DNA of 64,000 nt from Eledone cirrhosa (lineage: Eukaryota). Under the pieces are notes generated by a model. That model searched no databases and was not told where the DNA came from. It saw nothing but the letters and a program-made list of their open reading frames with translations. A program made the translations under genes and the position numbers. Every line of letters begins with the position of its first letter. The first letter of the stretch is position 1. The stretch is taken from contig OZ024744.1 in assembly GCA_964016885.1 (NCBI GenBank), positions 111,972,001-112,036,000 of the forward strand, written 5' to 3'. Below, piece after piece: positions 24,710-39,249 of the stretch.

Positions 24710-27010
24710 TAACAGATTAAAGTTTAAGCAAAGAATCGCTGCTTTCACCCTTAACGGGATCTTCTGAAACTAACAAAGTCAATCTGTAAACGCAGAACTG
24801 GATATTTCAAAAAACGTTGCAACCGGAGGAAGACAGGAAGACGATACTTTGGTTCGTGGAAACGTTCCCTGGCAAAGAACGGGAAAAAACGAATAATACG
24901 TTATTAATAGGAGCGGTGAAAAACAATTACGCGCAAAGACAGAACCACGTTTATGGTATAAAAGAGGTCGTAGACTAATGTTCTCTTAGGTGGTGCATAG
25001 AGACGTTCTCTGGCAATGAACGAAAAAACGAAGATAATACGTCATATGTGGAGCGTGGAGAACAATAGCACGCAAAGACAAAACCACGTAAATGGTATAG
25101 CAGAAGTCGTAGACTAAAATTCTAACTAGGAGACCAAATGAATCTCCGCTACAGAGTTAAGAACAAGTAAATAAATACAATACAGAAGTAATAGAAATAA
25201 ATAAATACATACACGCAAACAAATACGTACATACACAAGCATACGCAAAACCTTACCATAGGTATACAAAACCACGCACATATAAATATGTGTGTGTATG
25301 TATGCGTGTATACAAATAAATAAATAATGATATAAACGTATATAAATAAATAAATACGTATATAACAAGCGCACACACATACCTACATATAAATACACGA
25401 ATGTTCGGAGACGTAGGTCAACTAAAACAAGAAGTACACAATACACACACTCACCATACGTACGAACCCGCATACTCACACAGACGCAAAACTCCCGTAT
25501 ACACATAGCCCAACCCTATATACCAGAATATATAAAATTATACGCCAAAACAATCAAATATACGTACGAGAAGGTATACGTACCTTCACAAAACAAACGG
25601 GTAATACATACTTACCTATGCAAATAAGTAAAGGAATAAACAAAACATATACTTAGCTCCCACATCAAGACGTAAAATATCCACGTATAGATCGTACTAT
25701 CCGTTAGGGTATAAAGTGGGGCTGTAATACAGGAAAGTTTTGTGCAATTTATGTTTACAAGCCCAAATTGCCTCAGATTTTTTGTTTAAGATGTGGTCTG
25801 TGGCGTAGAGTATTTCCAGGGCCTCAGCGGCGCAGAGGTCACATGGTCTTTTATTTCCGTTATACGATCTAGCCCTAGCTAGGATCTCCCAGTGTAACTT
25901 ATATTGGGTGTGGTTATCTTTTAGACTCCAGACATAAGCTGAAAGTGACGTCATATTCCTTCTTAGAGGGTAACGAAAAGAATGGGTATGCATGTAAAGT
26001 CGCTGCTTGAAACTATTGGCGGTTAACCCTATGTAGGCCCTACAGGACGTGGGTGTTACAACCTTACATTTGTAGACAATGTTACTAGAGAGGCATTTCC
26101 CGGATATGGGGCAATCAGCCCGATTCCTACAATTACAGTTAGTACTAACTACAGGGTTGCACGTGTTCCTACGGCTAGGTAGTTTAGCTAAATTTGAAGC
26201 TGTGATGTTATGTGCAAGGTTAGGAGTCGTAGAGTAAGAAATTTTAATAGTATTTCTATTAAAAATTTTACTATATTTATGTGTAGGGGGAAAATGCTTC
26301 GTAATAAGGGAAAGAAAGATCTTAGCTAATGGTGTGGCCACCTCCATATTATATGGTGGGTTATACCAACAAATGCGACTGATCTATTTCTTCTATGTCT
26401 ATTTTCGTACTCAGTATAAGCTACCTTATCGACAAATCCACTTCGAGCAAGAGCTTCATTGTAATAAGTGGAATGGTCGTTGAAAATACGCTCGTTGGTG
26501 GAAAGACGGGAAAGCCTCAACGAAACGTTTCTTACCAGGTTCTTGGTTATGCTGGCAGGATGGTTGGAATGCTTACTTATGTAATTAAGCGTATCATTCG
26601 GCTTTCTATACGGGTAATACAACCCATTCAATAAATTGAGGGTAACGTCGAGGTAATTAACGACCGAGAGATTGGCCTCAACCTGTATAGAGAGGTTGAA
26701 GCCTTTAAAGAAGGCTGTGAGTTCTTTTCTGAACCTGTCGCAAGCACGAGGTCCGCACTTAGTCATGGTCAAAATACCATCGTCACGGTACAAACCACCG
26801 CCCGCGTTGGGGAATTCGTCCTTGATAGAGAAAAGAAGGAAAAGGCCAATAAGATCAGTAACCTCCGCAGAGTCACTGGCGCCCATACTCACGTCGAATG
26901 GGGTACTATTGGATTTTTTAATCCAAATAGAGTCGTCGAAATTAATCACCGACTTTCGGGTATTGAGGATGACATCGACTTCGAAATCCTTTGCTCTACG
27001 GTTCTTATAT
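24710..27010 (-). mobile_element. 5'-truncated Penelope-like retroelement (RT + Cys linker + GIY-YIG endonuclease)
   Basis: ORF 26326-27036 has FDVSMGA, GLYRDDG, NYLDVTL and SNHP. A frameshift near 26340 leads to ORF 25697-26347 with CNCR..CP..GKC, IVYKC..AYIGLT..FKQR..H and CDLCAAE. A ~1-kb 3' region follows; the element is flanked by (TA)n. Confidence 0.92.
24721..24771 (-). ncRNA. Variant hammerhead at the 3' end of the minus-strand PLE
   Basis: agttt-CAGAAGA-tccc gttaa gggt-GAAA-gca...tgc-TT-aaact; the core has A in place of U4. Confidence 0.55.
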
Positions 27011-27073
27011 ATTTGATATATATTTATCCTTATCAAGCCCTCTTTGGATTTTAGTCTTCAAATTTATTATTAT

Positions 27074-27170
<97 letters not shown>

Positions 27171-27171
27171 C

Positions 27172-27255
<84 letters not shown>

Positions 27256-27257
<2 letters not shown>

Positions 27258-28005
27258 AGGGCGGGTAAAATTCCCGAGATTCATGGACGAGTTCTCTCCA
27301 GCGGTCTCTGTCCCTCATTATCGCTGCCATGTCCTGCGTCTCCAACAGACCAGTGTCTGTCCTTAGGGCATCAACATACGTTAACCTTGGTCTTCCTCTT
27401 CCAGTGTGTCCATGCAGGGGCCCCCACAGGAGCACTGAGTGCAGTGTCAACTCTGGATGTCGGTGAGCATGTCCAGCTAACCTCAGTCTCCTCTGTGTCA
27501 CTTTTGAGCTGACTTTTGGGAGGCTCCCATACAGCTCTGAGTTTTTCATCCTCAGTGTATACTGATTAATGTTCAGAGCCATCCTCAGCATTCTCGTGTA
27601 GCACCCATCCACCATCTGAATGAGTTTCTTAGTCAGTGTCTAAGTCTCAGACTCGTACAGCAGCACATATTCCACTACAGCAATGAAGAGGCGGATCTTC
27701 AGGTCTTTACGAAGGTCCGACTTCCACACCGATCTCAAACTGTGGCAGGAGAGTTAAGGCGAAAAAGATATCGGATGCTGAATTTGCCGACGACATAGTT
27801 TTGGTGACAAATACAGTGAAAGAGGCAGAGGATTTGATGCAGGAGGTTGAGACTATGACGATGAGTGTAGGGCTGAGAATGAATGAGACTAAGACAAAAT
27901 GTCTGGTAGAGAATGTTGAGAAGCCAGAAGGGATTACTAATGTAGATGGGAAGCCGCTGAGGACTTCCTGTATTTGGGAGCAAAGATTGGGAATACGGAA
28001 GATGA
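27256..28005. mobile_element. RTE-like LINE family 2 insertion with 5' inversion
   Basis: 27256-27747 is the minus-strand C-terminal part; 27748-28005 is a plus-strand RT part (DAEFADDIVL...KTK). Confidence 0.85.
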
Positions 28006-28182
28006 TACATATACATACATATATATATATATATATGTGTTAAATTTCCGTTGAAAAAGTCAGAGGAATGAAGAGTGCTCTATGTAAGTTCCAGAGCTAA
28101 ATATATAATGTATAATAAACAATACAATATAAACAATACAATATAATAAACAAAACAATACAATATATACACACACACACAC

Positions 28183-29140
<958 letters not shown>

Positions 29141-32100
29141 GGTAGAAAGTGGTACCAAAATAGTTAATTTCCTTGATGTTACCCTTAACTTAAAATCTGG
29201 TTTTTATTACCCATTCCATAAGCCCAATGAAAACTTAAATTACGTTAGTTATTACTCTAATCACCCTAAATCTGTGAAAAATGCAATTGTCAATAGTGTA
29301 CAGAAACGCATAACTAGAATATCTGCTAATAAATCAATATTTGATGAAAAAGCAGGAATTACGCTAAGAAAGCCAGGTTATAAAAATAATATAGAATATA
29401 TAGACAATAATAATTCGAATCTTAATCATGATATATGATAATAATAATAATATGACTGGCATGAATAAACGAAATTCTAAAAATTATAATTCAAACACCT
29501 GTACTGTGAATAAATCCGGGAAAAGAACCAGAACTAAATCAGTTATATGGTTTGCCCCCCCCCCCCGCTTCTGTAGCAGTAAAAACACCACTAGCTAATC
29601 TATTCTTTAAGGCTTTAGATAATTCCTTCCCTAGTCAACATAAATACCGTTCCATATTTAATAGACACACAATTAAGCTTTCTTATTCTACAACTATGAA
29701 TATGGCCCAAAACATCGCTAAACTAAATAGTAGAATTCTAAACCAAAATCAGCATAATGGTGTTAATAATAGTGTTAATATAAATAATAATAAATCGAAA
29801 TGTAATTGTAGAAATAAACCAGATTGCCATCTGCAAAATAATTGTCTGGATAAAAATTTGGGGTATAAATGCACTGTAAAAACAAATAACATCACATACA
29901 ACTACATAGGGGCAACTTCTTCGACATTTAAATCGAGATTTGCGAATCACAAATGCTCGTTCTCGAATCTTAATAGGAAGTCTTCGACTTCTTTATCACA
30001 ACTTATATGGTCATTAAAAGACAAAAATTTAAAATACTCGATTTTTTGGACGAAGCTTTGTAATAGTAGAATCTACTCGAACTCGTCTATATCAACTAAC
30101 TGCAACCTCTGTACAAAGGAGACCCTATTAATAATTAATAATTATGAAAACTTAATTAACAAAAAAAGTGAATTATTCTCAAACTGCTTTCATAAAGCTT
30201 TGTCTACATTCCAAGCCTCGCAAAAAGTCAGCAAAAAACACTAAACAAACAGGTTTTAATTTTTGACGTCTCTTATCAACTGTTGGACCTAAAACGTTAT
30301 AACAGTTTATAAAACTTTAATAATACTTTATTTTCTAATCATTTATGATAGAATTAATGTTAGAATGAAGGATCCTGTTTAGGTATATAAACATATTATT
30401 TGATAAATATGCACACCTTTGGATTATTTTAGATATTTATAATTTAGATTAGGATCTTTATACATTTGTCTGTTTTAAATATATAATTTAGATATTTAAC
30501 TTGTAAGATTACCGGTTATAATTGAACCGTGGATCATTCATGCATTTATATATTTTACTCATTTTGGGTCTGTTTTGGGGACTCAGAAAGTTAGATTTGC
30601 ACATATATATTTTTTATATATATCTAGGTATAAATGTCACAAATCATACTAGTCTCTCTCTCCACTGAACTGGAGGTAAAACTACAATTATAACATTACT
30701 AATAATGATTGTAATTATTTATTTATTAAATGTATATCGTTTCATTACCTATAATACTCTCTCTATATAGTTGTACAAATATGTTTATCTAGTGTAATAA
30801 CATTCTCGTAGTTACATTTATAAGTAATTTAGATACTCAAATGACTCTCTATTGTTATAAGTGTTAGATATTCCCTTGATGTTCGAAATTATATAATGAT
30901 TATTACTTAATTTAATTTAATTTACTTTATTTTAATTAAATTTAAATTACCTTCGGCTCTTTCAAATCTTTAGCTCCTCTTTCTATCACCTTCACTGGGC
31001 ATTTTAGAACTATCTTTTGTCTACTATATATTAAAACCCTCTTGCATTTTAAACTATATTTTTTAATATTGGTCATTTTTATGTTTCGCAAACAATTCAT
31101 TATTTTTTTCACTTTTTTATTTTGTATCTAGTCCTTATCCTTAGGACTCATGAAGTTTTGACTTATATATTTATAGTATATATCTATTAAATGATCCTTT
31201 TATAATAATTGATCTAAAACATTAATTTTTAACAATATTTTCAGTAACTTATTTACTATATTGTATTATGTTATGTATATTTGAAAGGTATCATCTTAAG
31301 TCTTTAGACAATATAATCTTTGTGTATTTTTTTTTATAAACACATATATGTAATTTAAAATTCAGACCTCTTTAAGTTTAATTATAAGGTCTGTTGATCC
31401 TTTAGGCACTCAAATTGTTAATCATAAATTCTTTAAAAATTATAACTGTGATTATTTTCTAAATTATATTATATAAACTGTTGTCAATATTATAAATAAT
31501 TTTGGTAAAGTTTACCTTCGTGAGGTTGTAAAAACCTTATGTTTTCTTTCTCGTGTTTGTAAATCCTTTAAATTTGATTTCATAAAATTTGATTTTAGAA
31601 ATTAAATTTGATAGTATACTTTAATATTAATACAGATACCTATTAACTTTTAAAACCTAAAATATTACTCATTACTCTGAACTAACTTAAATTAAATATT
31701 TTGAATATTAACGGTCAACCAAATATGTTTAGATATATATTGTATATATGGATAATTGTCTAAAAACTTGAACATAAGTTATTCCTCTTTGTCTCTCTCT
31801 CTGTAATCAACTCTCTTTTCTTTTTCGAGGCCTCTACTAACTATATTATCCCATCAGCTGTTTCTTCCTCTATGCTTTCCTTTCTTTCCTCTTTCTTCAG
31901 TAATTTAAATTATGTAACAGTTATATTGATGCCAAATATTTTTTAAGCTGTCTCACACGCACCCTCTCTATTGTATGTATTTTATATTTTTCTCATGTTC
32001 TCAATATTAAGGTATATACATATTGAGTTTTGTCATAAATTACTCACTACCATGAATCTTAACCATCTACTATGTCAGGGTATGTCATGCATCATCTTAT

Positions 32101-32208
32101 TTTATCTGATGAGGACGTACTGTTGAAGTTAACTCAGTACCTCTGAAATATGTATAATAAAATATACTTGATCACAAGAATATCTATTTTGTTAATATTT
32201 TGAATTAA
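29141..32208 (+). mobile_element. 5'-truncated Penelope-like retroelement with long AT-rich 3' region
   Basis: [22 protein letters not shown] from 29142. ORF 29552-30244 has CNCR..C...NC, GYKC..NYIGAT..FKSR..H and CNLCTKE. The element ends with an HHR then (TA)n. Continuity across 30250-32090 is inferred. Confidence 0.85.
32098..32164 (+). ncRNA. Type I hammerhead ribozyme at PLE 3' end
   Basis: tattttat-CTGATGA-ggacgtactg...cagtacctct-GAAA-tatgta-TA-ataaaata. Confidence 0.8.
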
Positions 32209-32224
32209 TATATATATATGTATG

Positions 32225-32636
32225 TATTCAATTGAAGAAAGTTGATTGAAAATCTGCCAAATTTTTCTTAACAGATGTAAAACACTCCATGGTGTTTGTT
32301 CATCGGGAGTTTTATTATAATAATAAACAAGAAAGACAGTTTCATTTGTACATCCCTATTTATTTTGTTATACGTATTTCAAAGACATAAGGCAGTTGTA
32401 TAACAACTGCCTTACATGTTCTCTTCAGACAAAAATGCAAACAAGATGTAAATATCCATTGATATGTTGCCGGTCTACAAGTTATTCCCTTCGCCAACAA
32501 GTAAGCATTTGCTTGAATTTTTGTCTGAAGCGAACACGTAGGGCAGTTGTTATACAACTGCCTTATGTCTTTGAAATGCGTATAACAAAATACATAGGGA
32601 TGTACAAATGAAACAGTCTTTCTTGTTTATTATAAT
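32225..32636. mobile_element. Fold-back double-hammerhead element
   Basis: Inverted arms at ~32318-32445 and ~32508-32636. Minus HHR at 32363-32434 (CTGAAGA...GAAA-tacgta-TA); plus HHR at 32519-32590 (CTGAAGC variant). Unpaired tail on the left. Confidence 0.8.
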
Positions 32637-32910
32637 TATATATATGTATATATATGTATATGTGTGTGTATGTATATGTGTGTATATATATGTGTGTGGG
32701 TAGGTATGCATGTGTATGTGTGGTTGTATGTATATATATATATATATATAGGTATATTTATTTGTTTTTTCAAAATTAATATCGGTTGTTTTCTTGTCCT
32801 ATTTGGGATACGTGCGTCTGGTGACTTCTTGGCCCCTGATTGGTTCTCTACACTTGTTTGTGTCTGGCTGTTTGGTCCACAGATATGATGTGGTTTTTAT
32901 TGTGATAACA

Positions 32911-32992
32911 CTGGTCTGAGGATCTGGAGTCTGATCTGGAGCAGCAACCCAGATCACGAGCCAGCAGTTTGTTGTGAAACATTTGTAACCAG
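32911..32992 (+). ncRNA. Type I hammerhead candidate
   Basis: ctggt-CTGAGGA-[tgatctgg/ccagatca hairpin]-GAAAC-attt-GTA-accag; AATAAA at 33001. The base of stem II is imperfect. Confidence 0.55.
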
Positions 32993-33136
32993 GATTGAAC
33001 AATAAATCTCCTACGTCACACCTTTACTTTGTTCTTATTATATACACCCTGTTCTGCACCGAGTATTGACTTTGGAACTCTCACTACTTTTCTTTGGACA
33101 TACTGAACCTTCTGCATATATATTCTGCATATATAT

Positions 33137-33515
33137 CGATGAGTGTGGGGCTGAGAATGAATGAGAGAAAGACGAAATATCTGGTAGAGAACATTAAAAA
33201 GCCAGAGAAGATTACTAATGTAGGCGGGGAGCTGCTAGAATTGGTTGAGGACTTCCTGTATCTGGGAGCAAAGATTGGGAATACAGAGGATGATGTGTGA
33301 TGGAGAAGAAGAGCAAAGCCTGGGCGGCGTGCCACAGCTTGAGATTGGTGTGGAAGTCGGACCTTCGTAAAGACCTGAAGATCCGCATCTTCATTGCTGC
33401 AGTGGAGTCTGTCCTTCTGTACAGGTCTGAGACTTGGACACTGACCAAGAAACTCACTCAGATGGTGGATGGGTGCTACACGAGAATGCTGAGGATGGCT
33501 GTGAACATTAATCAG

Positions 33516-33516
<1 letters not shown>
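33137..33516 (+). mobile_element. Internal fragment of RTE-like LINE family 2
   Basis: GLRMNERKTKY...VEDFLYLGAKI...ESVLLYRSETW...DGCYTRMLR. Confidence 0.85.
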
Positions 33517-33574
<58 letters not shown>

Positions 33575-33687
33575 ATATATATGTATATATATATATGTGT
33601 GTATGTGTGTATATATATATATATATTTGTATATATATATATATAAAGGAAAACACACTCTTTTGTGTTTTTCCCCTCTATATATTC

Positions 33688-34950
33688 ATCATCATCATCA
33701 TCTTCGTTTAATGTCTATCTGCCACCCTAGCATGGGTTAGACGGGAGTTGTCCCACTTGAGGCAAGGTTGGTCGGGTGACCATGTCTCACTCATATAGGA
33801 CTATCTGGCAGGTTTTCTACGACTGGTTGCCCTTCCTAACACCAACCACATTTACAGTGTGGAACTGGGAACTGTTTACCGTGTTACCTACACGGCCACA
33901 TTACAGCGTAGACTGTGTGTTTTTTTGTCGTAACACCTACACGATCTCGATCTCATTATCTCATTTATTTGGACTGGATGTTGTGGTACCAACTTTACAG
34001 AGAGAGAGGGTGCTGTTGGTGGGAGTGGGAGGATAGGGTAGGGGTAGTGGATTGGGGTGTATATTGGTTAAGAATTGCCTACTGACTGTAGGTTTTGCTT
34101 TGTACATAGGCAAGGCGGGACTTCTGTATTACTGTGTAGCACCAAAGATCTCGGTCCAATGACATTGTCTTAGAGAGGTGCAAGTGTGTAAGGTCGGAAT
34201 TTATCAGATCGTCCCAGGTTTTTCTGGGTCTACCTACTCCGTAACTACCATCAATTTTGATCGCCCTGTACTTTTTTTATACAGCTGTCATCTTTCATGC
34301 GCACCACATGACCATACCAATGTAGCCTTCTCTCAAGTAAACAGCATCTGATTCCTCTTATTCCTAATTTCTCACTTTGTTCATTTATGCTTTGCCGTTC
34401 ACGTATATTACTATTACACATCCAACGGAGCATGCAAGCTTCGTTCCTTTCCAGTCTGCGCAGGTCCTCTGCATGCAATGCCCATGTCTCACTGCCATGT
34501 AGCATTGCTGTTCGTATACAGGCATCATACAATCTGCTTTTAATTTTTAGAGAGAAACCTTTTGTGGCCAACAGCGGTATAAGCTCTCTGAACTTTTCCC
34601 CTCCCGTTCTGACTCTGGCTACTGTACTTTCAGAACACCCTCCACCACTGCTGATTTTGTCACCCAGGTAACGGAAAGTGTCTACTATTTCTATAGAATC
34701 ATCTGGGCAATAGAAGGAGCTAGTATCCTGTGGGCACTTTCTACTTATTGCACCTGAGCACCGGCCACATATAAAGTCTACGTTCTTAGATAGTTTACCT
34801 GTGATCCCGTTACATCTTTTCTGTACCCATACTTTGCATTTGGGACATAAAATGGAATTTCTGCCTACTCCTTTCCTACACACTGAAAATGGCCATTTCC
34901 TGTGCCCTATTTTCCTTTCTACAAACTAGAACTTTAGTCTTAAACAAGTT
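33688..34950 (-). mobile_element. 3' portion of RTE LINE (PHD-type family)
   Basis: ORF 34251-34883 homologous to 22410-23050, with 3'UTR and (GAT)n tail. Confidence 0.9.
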
Positions 34951-34970
34951 ATATATAGATATATATATAT

Positions 34971-35217
34971 AACGGAGGAGTTGTGGTAAGGAACCAGATG
35001 GACGATAAGGCACCAGAGTACTCAATACTTAGGGTAGTAGAGTGGGTAATAGTAGAAAGTATGACCCCGACGGCTGAGCTCAAGCTGTTTCGACGGCTAT
35101 TTCTGGACTAGACCCCGACGGCAGAGCTCAAGCCGTTTCGACGGTTATTTCTGGACTAAAAAGTCCAGAAATAGCCGTCGAAACGTCTTGAGCTCTGCCG
35201 TCGGGGTCATACTTTCT

Positions 35218-35220
<3 letters not shown>
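34971..35220. mobile_element. Fold-back element with three copies of a hammerhead-like 3' half
   Basis: GTC-GAAA-CGGC-ttgagctct-GCCG-TC-gggg occurs twice on minus (35063-35158) and once on plus (35162-35217), with small variations. No CTGANGA half is present. Flanked by (TA)n. Confidence 0.55.
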
Positions 35221-35270
<50 letters not shown>

Positions 35271-35272
<2 letters not shown>

Positions 35273-35605
35273 GATATTAAATAAATGGAAACTATATTTA
35301 TAAAACCATATTTATTTCATTATATATATTTCAGGGATATCATATTAAAAATATTAAAAATATGGTATGCCTTCTTCAGACAAAATACAATATAAACAGT
35401 CTTATAAATAGATAGATTTGACATTTGCATACCATATTTTTAATATAATATCCCTGAAATATATATAATGAAATAAATATGGTTTTATAAATATAGTTTC
35501 CATTTATTTAATATCGTATATATACTCCAAATACTTGTTGAGTGCTTTTATATCAGTTATAAATATTTACTCGTTGTAACCCAACAATTTAAATAAAACT
35601 TTGCA
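35271..35605. mobile_element. Fold-back hammerhead element (same family as 42301-42630)
   Basis: Complete minus HHR at 35313-35387. The plus arm starts inside stem II (~35427) and carries the tail. (TA)n on both sides. Confidence 0.8.
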
Positions 35606-36247
35606 TATATATATATATATATACATATATTGAAATATTGTAGGGTGCAATTCTAGTGACCATGTAGAGGCTCTCCTGTTGGCTCCTGGTGATGCAGTGT
35701 TTTGCTGGTTAATTTATCATTTTTTTATGGATATGGTCTTAGGATGTCTGTCTGTTGGGAGGGAGAGGCGTGTGTGTGTGTGTGTGTAGCAGCTGTTCCA
35801 TCCCAGATATACTGCAAGTATTCATAATACAGGTTACACATGTGCATGTATTTACAACAGTTTCGCATACATACATGCACACATGTAATATATATATATA
35901 TGTATGTATATGGGTGTGTGTGTATATATAAATACACACACACACACACATGTTTATATATATATTTATGTGTGTGTGTGTGTGTATTTGTATATGTATA
36001 TATATATAGGTGGCTGTTTCGATCTGGTTATATATGCCAAGTTTGGGAAGGTGTATGGTCCGAGTTTGGTTTGCTAAATTTAGAAGGTGAGTGAGGTTTG
36101 GTTTGGCAGGAGTCATGTGTGCAGGGTTTGTGTTTGGTTTAGAGTGATTACTGAGTGTTTGTGTTTGGAGCAATAATGGTCTTATATGCACACACACACA
36201 CATACATATATATATATATGTATATATACATATATATATATGTATAT

Positions 36248-36414
<167 letters not shown>

Positions 36415-36415
36415 C

Positions 36416-36464
<49 letters not shown>

Positions 36465-36612
36465 TAGATAGATATATACATATATATACATATATATATA
36501 AATGGAATAGAATGAAACGAAATTTCATTTCTCACTCTTAGTACGGCACTTACTTAAATGTAAGTATGTATGTATACGTACATACATATATGTATACAGA
36601 TAAACAGTAGCA

Positions 36613-36668
<56 letters not shown>

Positions 36669-36809
36669 CAGGCACACATATATATATGCACGTATCAGTT
36701 TACCGAACATTTATTATAATGTTCGCTTTGTTCGTTTGTAAACAAACGGACAGCCTGATTTACGCCGTACAGTGTTCAGGCAACCACGTCACCTTTTTGT
36801 TCAACACTG

Positions 36810-36857
<48 letters not shown>

Positions 36858-36958
36858 CAATGTATTTACGGGTCACTTTCACGACCTTTCAGACCTGTAT
36901 TAGTTGGAGTGAGGTCATATATTTTGTCGTTCCTGGGGTTTTTAACCCTAGGACAGGA

Positions 36959-37048
36959 AAATGCTTCTCTGATGATCGTTGCTTTTCCATTAATATCCTC
37001 GTGATATTTAATGTTTTGCACCGTGAAACTGTACAGTTAGGACCATTT
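36959..37048 (+). ncRNA. Type I hammerhead ribozyme
   Basis: aaatgcttct-CTGATGA-[long stem II]-GAAA-ctgtacag-TT-aggaccattt; stem III palindrome CTGTACAG. Confidence 0.7.
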
Positions 37049-37160
37049 GAATAGGTAAATATTTATATTATATTTTTTTAATTTTGATTAATTTTAATTG
37101 TATATTAATTTTGATTTATTTTGAAAAATTGGTTGAATTTTACTTGTTCTGCTTATCTTG

Positions 37161-37216
<56 letters not shown>

Positions 37217-37477
37217 GAAAATAGAGAAATTAATGTCAGCAAGAAGCCAACATAATATATAAGTGACTATTACGTCAAGATGGGAAATATTTAACGTAAG
37301 ATATGGGAAATTAATTCAATCTCAATTCAAAAAAAGTCAAGACAGAAATTTTATCCACAGATTTTGTGTAATCCAGGGAAAAACCAATAGAGTCTTAACT
37401 CAGAATCAAATTAAGGGTAAATACTTAACTTTCATATATACCTCTATAGTTTTCTCTATCTAGTGCATCACCTTTGG

Positions 37478-37516
<39 letters not shown>

Positions 37517-37517
<1 letters not shown>

Positions 37518-39249
37518 CCAAAGGTGATGCACTAGATAGAGAAAACTATAGAGGTATAAAGCTGATGGACCAGGTCATGAAAGTAACAGAAAGAGTTATA
37601 GCACAGTTGATTAGGGACCAGGTGAAACTAGATGAGATGCAATTTGGGTTTGTACCAGGAAGAGGCACCACTGATGCCCTCTTCCTTGTGAGGCAGTTAC
37701 AGGAAAAGTACCTAGTTAAAAGTAAGCCCCTCTACCTGGCATTCGTCGATCTCGAAAAAGCCTTTGATAGAGTTCCTCGTGCTATAATCTGGTGGGCTCT
37801 TAGAAAACTAGGAGTAGATGAATGGCTTGTGAAAGCTGTACAAGCCATGTATAGGGGAGAAGTTAGGATTAGCAATGACTATAGCGAGGAATTTAACATA
37901 CAGGTCGGTGTCTGTTCTTAGCCCTCTCCTGTTCATCATAGTTCCGCAGGCAATAACGGAGGAGTTTAAGAGCAGATGCCCATGGGAACTGTATGCATAT
38001 GACCTCGCATTTATAGTTGAATCTATAGTAGAACTAGAGAAGAAATTCCAAACTTGGAAGCAGGGACTAGAAAGAAAGGGTCTCAAAGTCAACCTGACAA
38101 AGACTAAGGTCCTTGTAAGTAGATGAGAAAACAGAACACAGATCCCCTCAGAGAAATGGCCTTGCTCAGTATGTAGGAAAGGTGTAGGTAGGAACTCCAT
38201 TCTCTGCCCCAAATGCAAACAATGGGTGCACAAGAGATGTAGCGGGATGTCAGGAAGCTTAATTAAGAATGTAGGCTTCACATGTAGCAGCTGTGCTGGG
38301 TCAGCAAGCTGCAAACAGCCACAGGAAACAAGTACCACCAATCTCTGGGAGGGCTCTGTAGAGACAGTAGACAGCTTCTGCTACCTAGGTGACCGAATTA
38401 GCAGCAGAGGTGGGTGTTCAGAAAGTACAATAACTAGGGTAAGAACGGGATGGAAGAAGTTCAGGGAACTACTACCACTGCTAGCTGCAAAAGGCTTTTC
38501 CCTCAAAATGAAAGGCAGACTGTATGATGCGTGTATCCGAACAGCAATGTTACATGGTAGTGAGGCTGGGGCGCTGAAGGTGGAAGAAACGAAGCCTGCA
38601 TGCTCCGATGGATGTGTAATAGTAATATACGCGAACGGCAAAGCATAAATGAATTGAGAGAGAGAATGAGCATAAGAGGAATCAAATGCTGTGTGGAGGA
38701 GAGGCGGTTGTGTTGGTATGGACATGTGATGCGTATGAAGGATGACAGCTGCATAAAATGGTACAGAGCACTAGAAGTCGATGGAAGCCGCGGAGTGGAG
38801 TGACCCAAGAAGACCTGGGATGAGGTCATAAAAGCCGACTACCCAATTACGCCTCTCAAAGGCGATGACACACGAACCGTGACCTCTGGCGTCTCGCAGT
38901 AATACAGAAGACCTGACCCCCCCCCCCCCCATGGGTACAAGCTGAAGCATATAGACAATATGCCCCCACACCCTCCTAATGCAAGGTGGTCGTGGAGGTG
39001 CCACGGCAAAAAAGCACCCAGCCCACACTGTAAAGTGGACGTGTAGGCGCCACAGAAAAAAGCACCCAGCACTCACTGTAAATGAGGTTGGTGTTAGGAA
39101 GGGCATCCAGCTGTAGAAATCAAGCGAAATCAGTTCCTGTATGAGCAAGGCATGGTCAGCCGACTGGACACTACCCACAACAGGACAACCCGTCTAACCC
39201 ATGCTAGCGTGGAAGAACGGACGTAAAACGGTGGTGATGATGATGATGA
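37517..39249 (+). mobile_element. Degenerate 5'-truncated RTE LINE (PHD-type)
   Basis: KGDALDRENYRGIKL, FVDLEKAFDRV and HKRCSG motifs; 3'UTR shared with SINE A; (GAT)n tail. Confidence 0.92.

Noticed and set aside
27005-27075. Possible inverted 5' RT fragment (FDI..YP-like) of the minus PLE
   Set aside because: Too short and frameshifted to support without alignment to a consensus.
28068-28125. Hammerhead-like ATGAAGA-gctct/agagc-TAAA
   Set aside because: Both core boxes are mutated and no stem I can be formed.
31855-31905. Minus-strand CTGAAGA...GAAAC
   Set aside because: The intervening purine run cannot form stem II, and no cleavage triplet or stem I is present.
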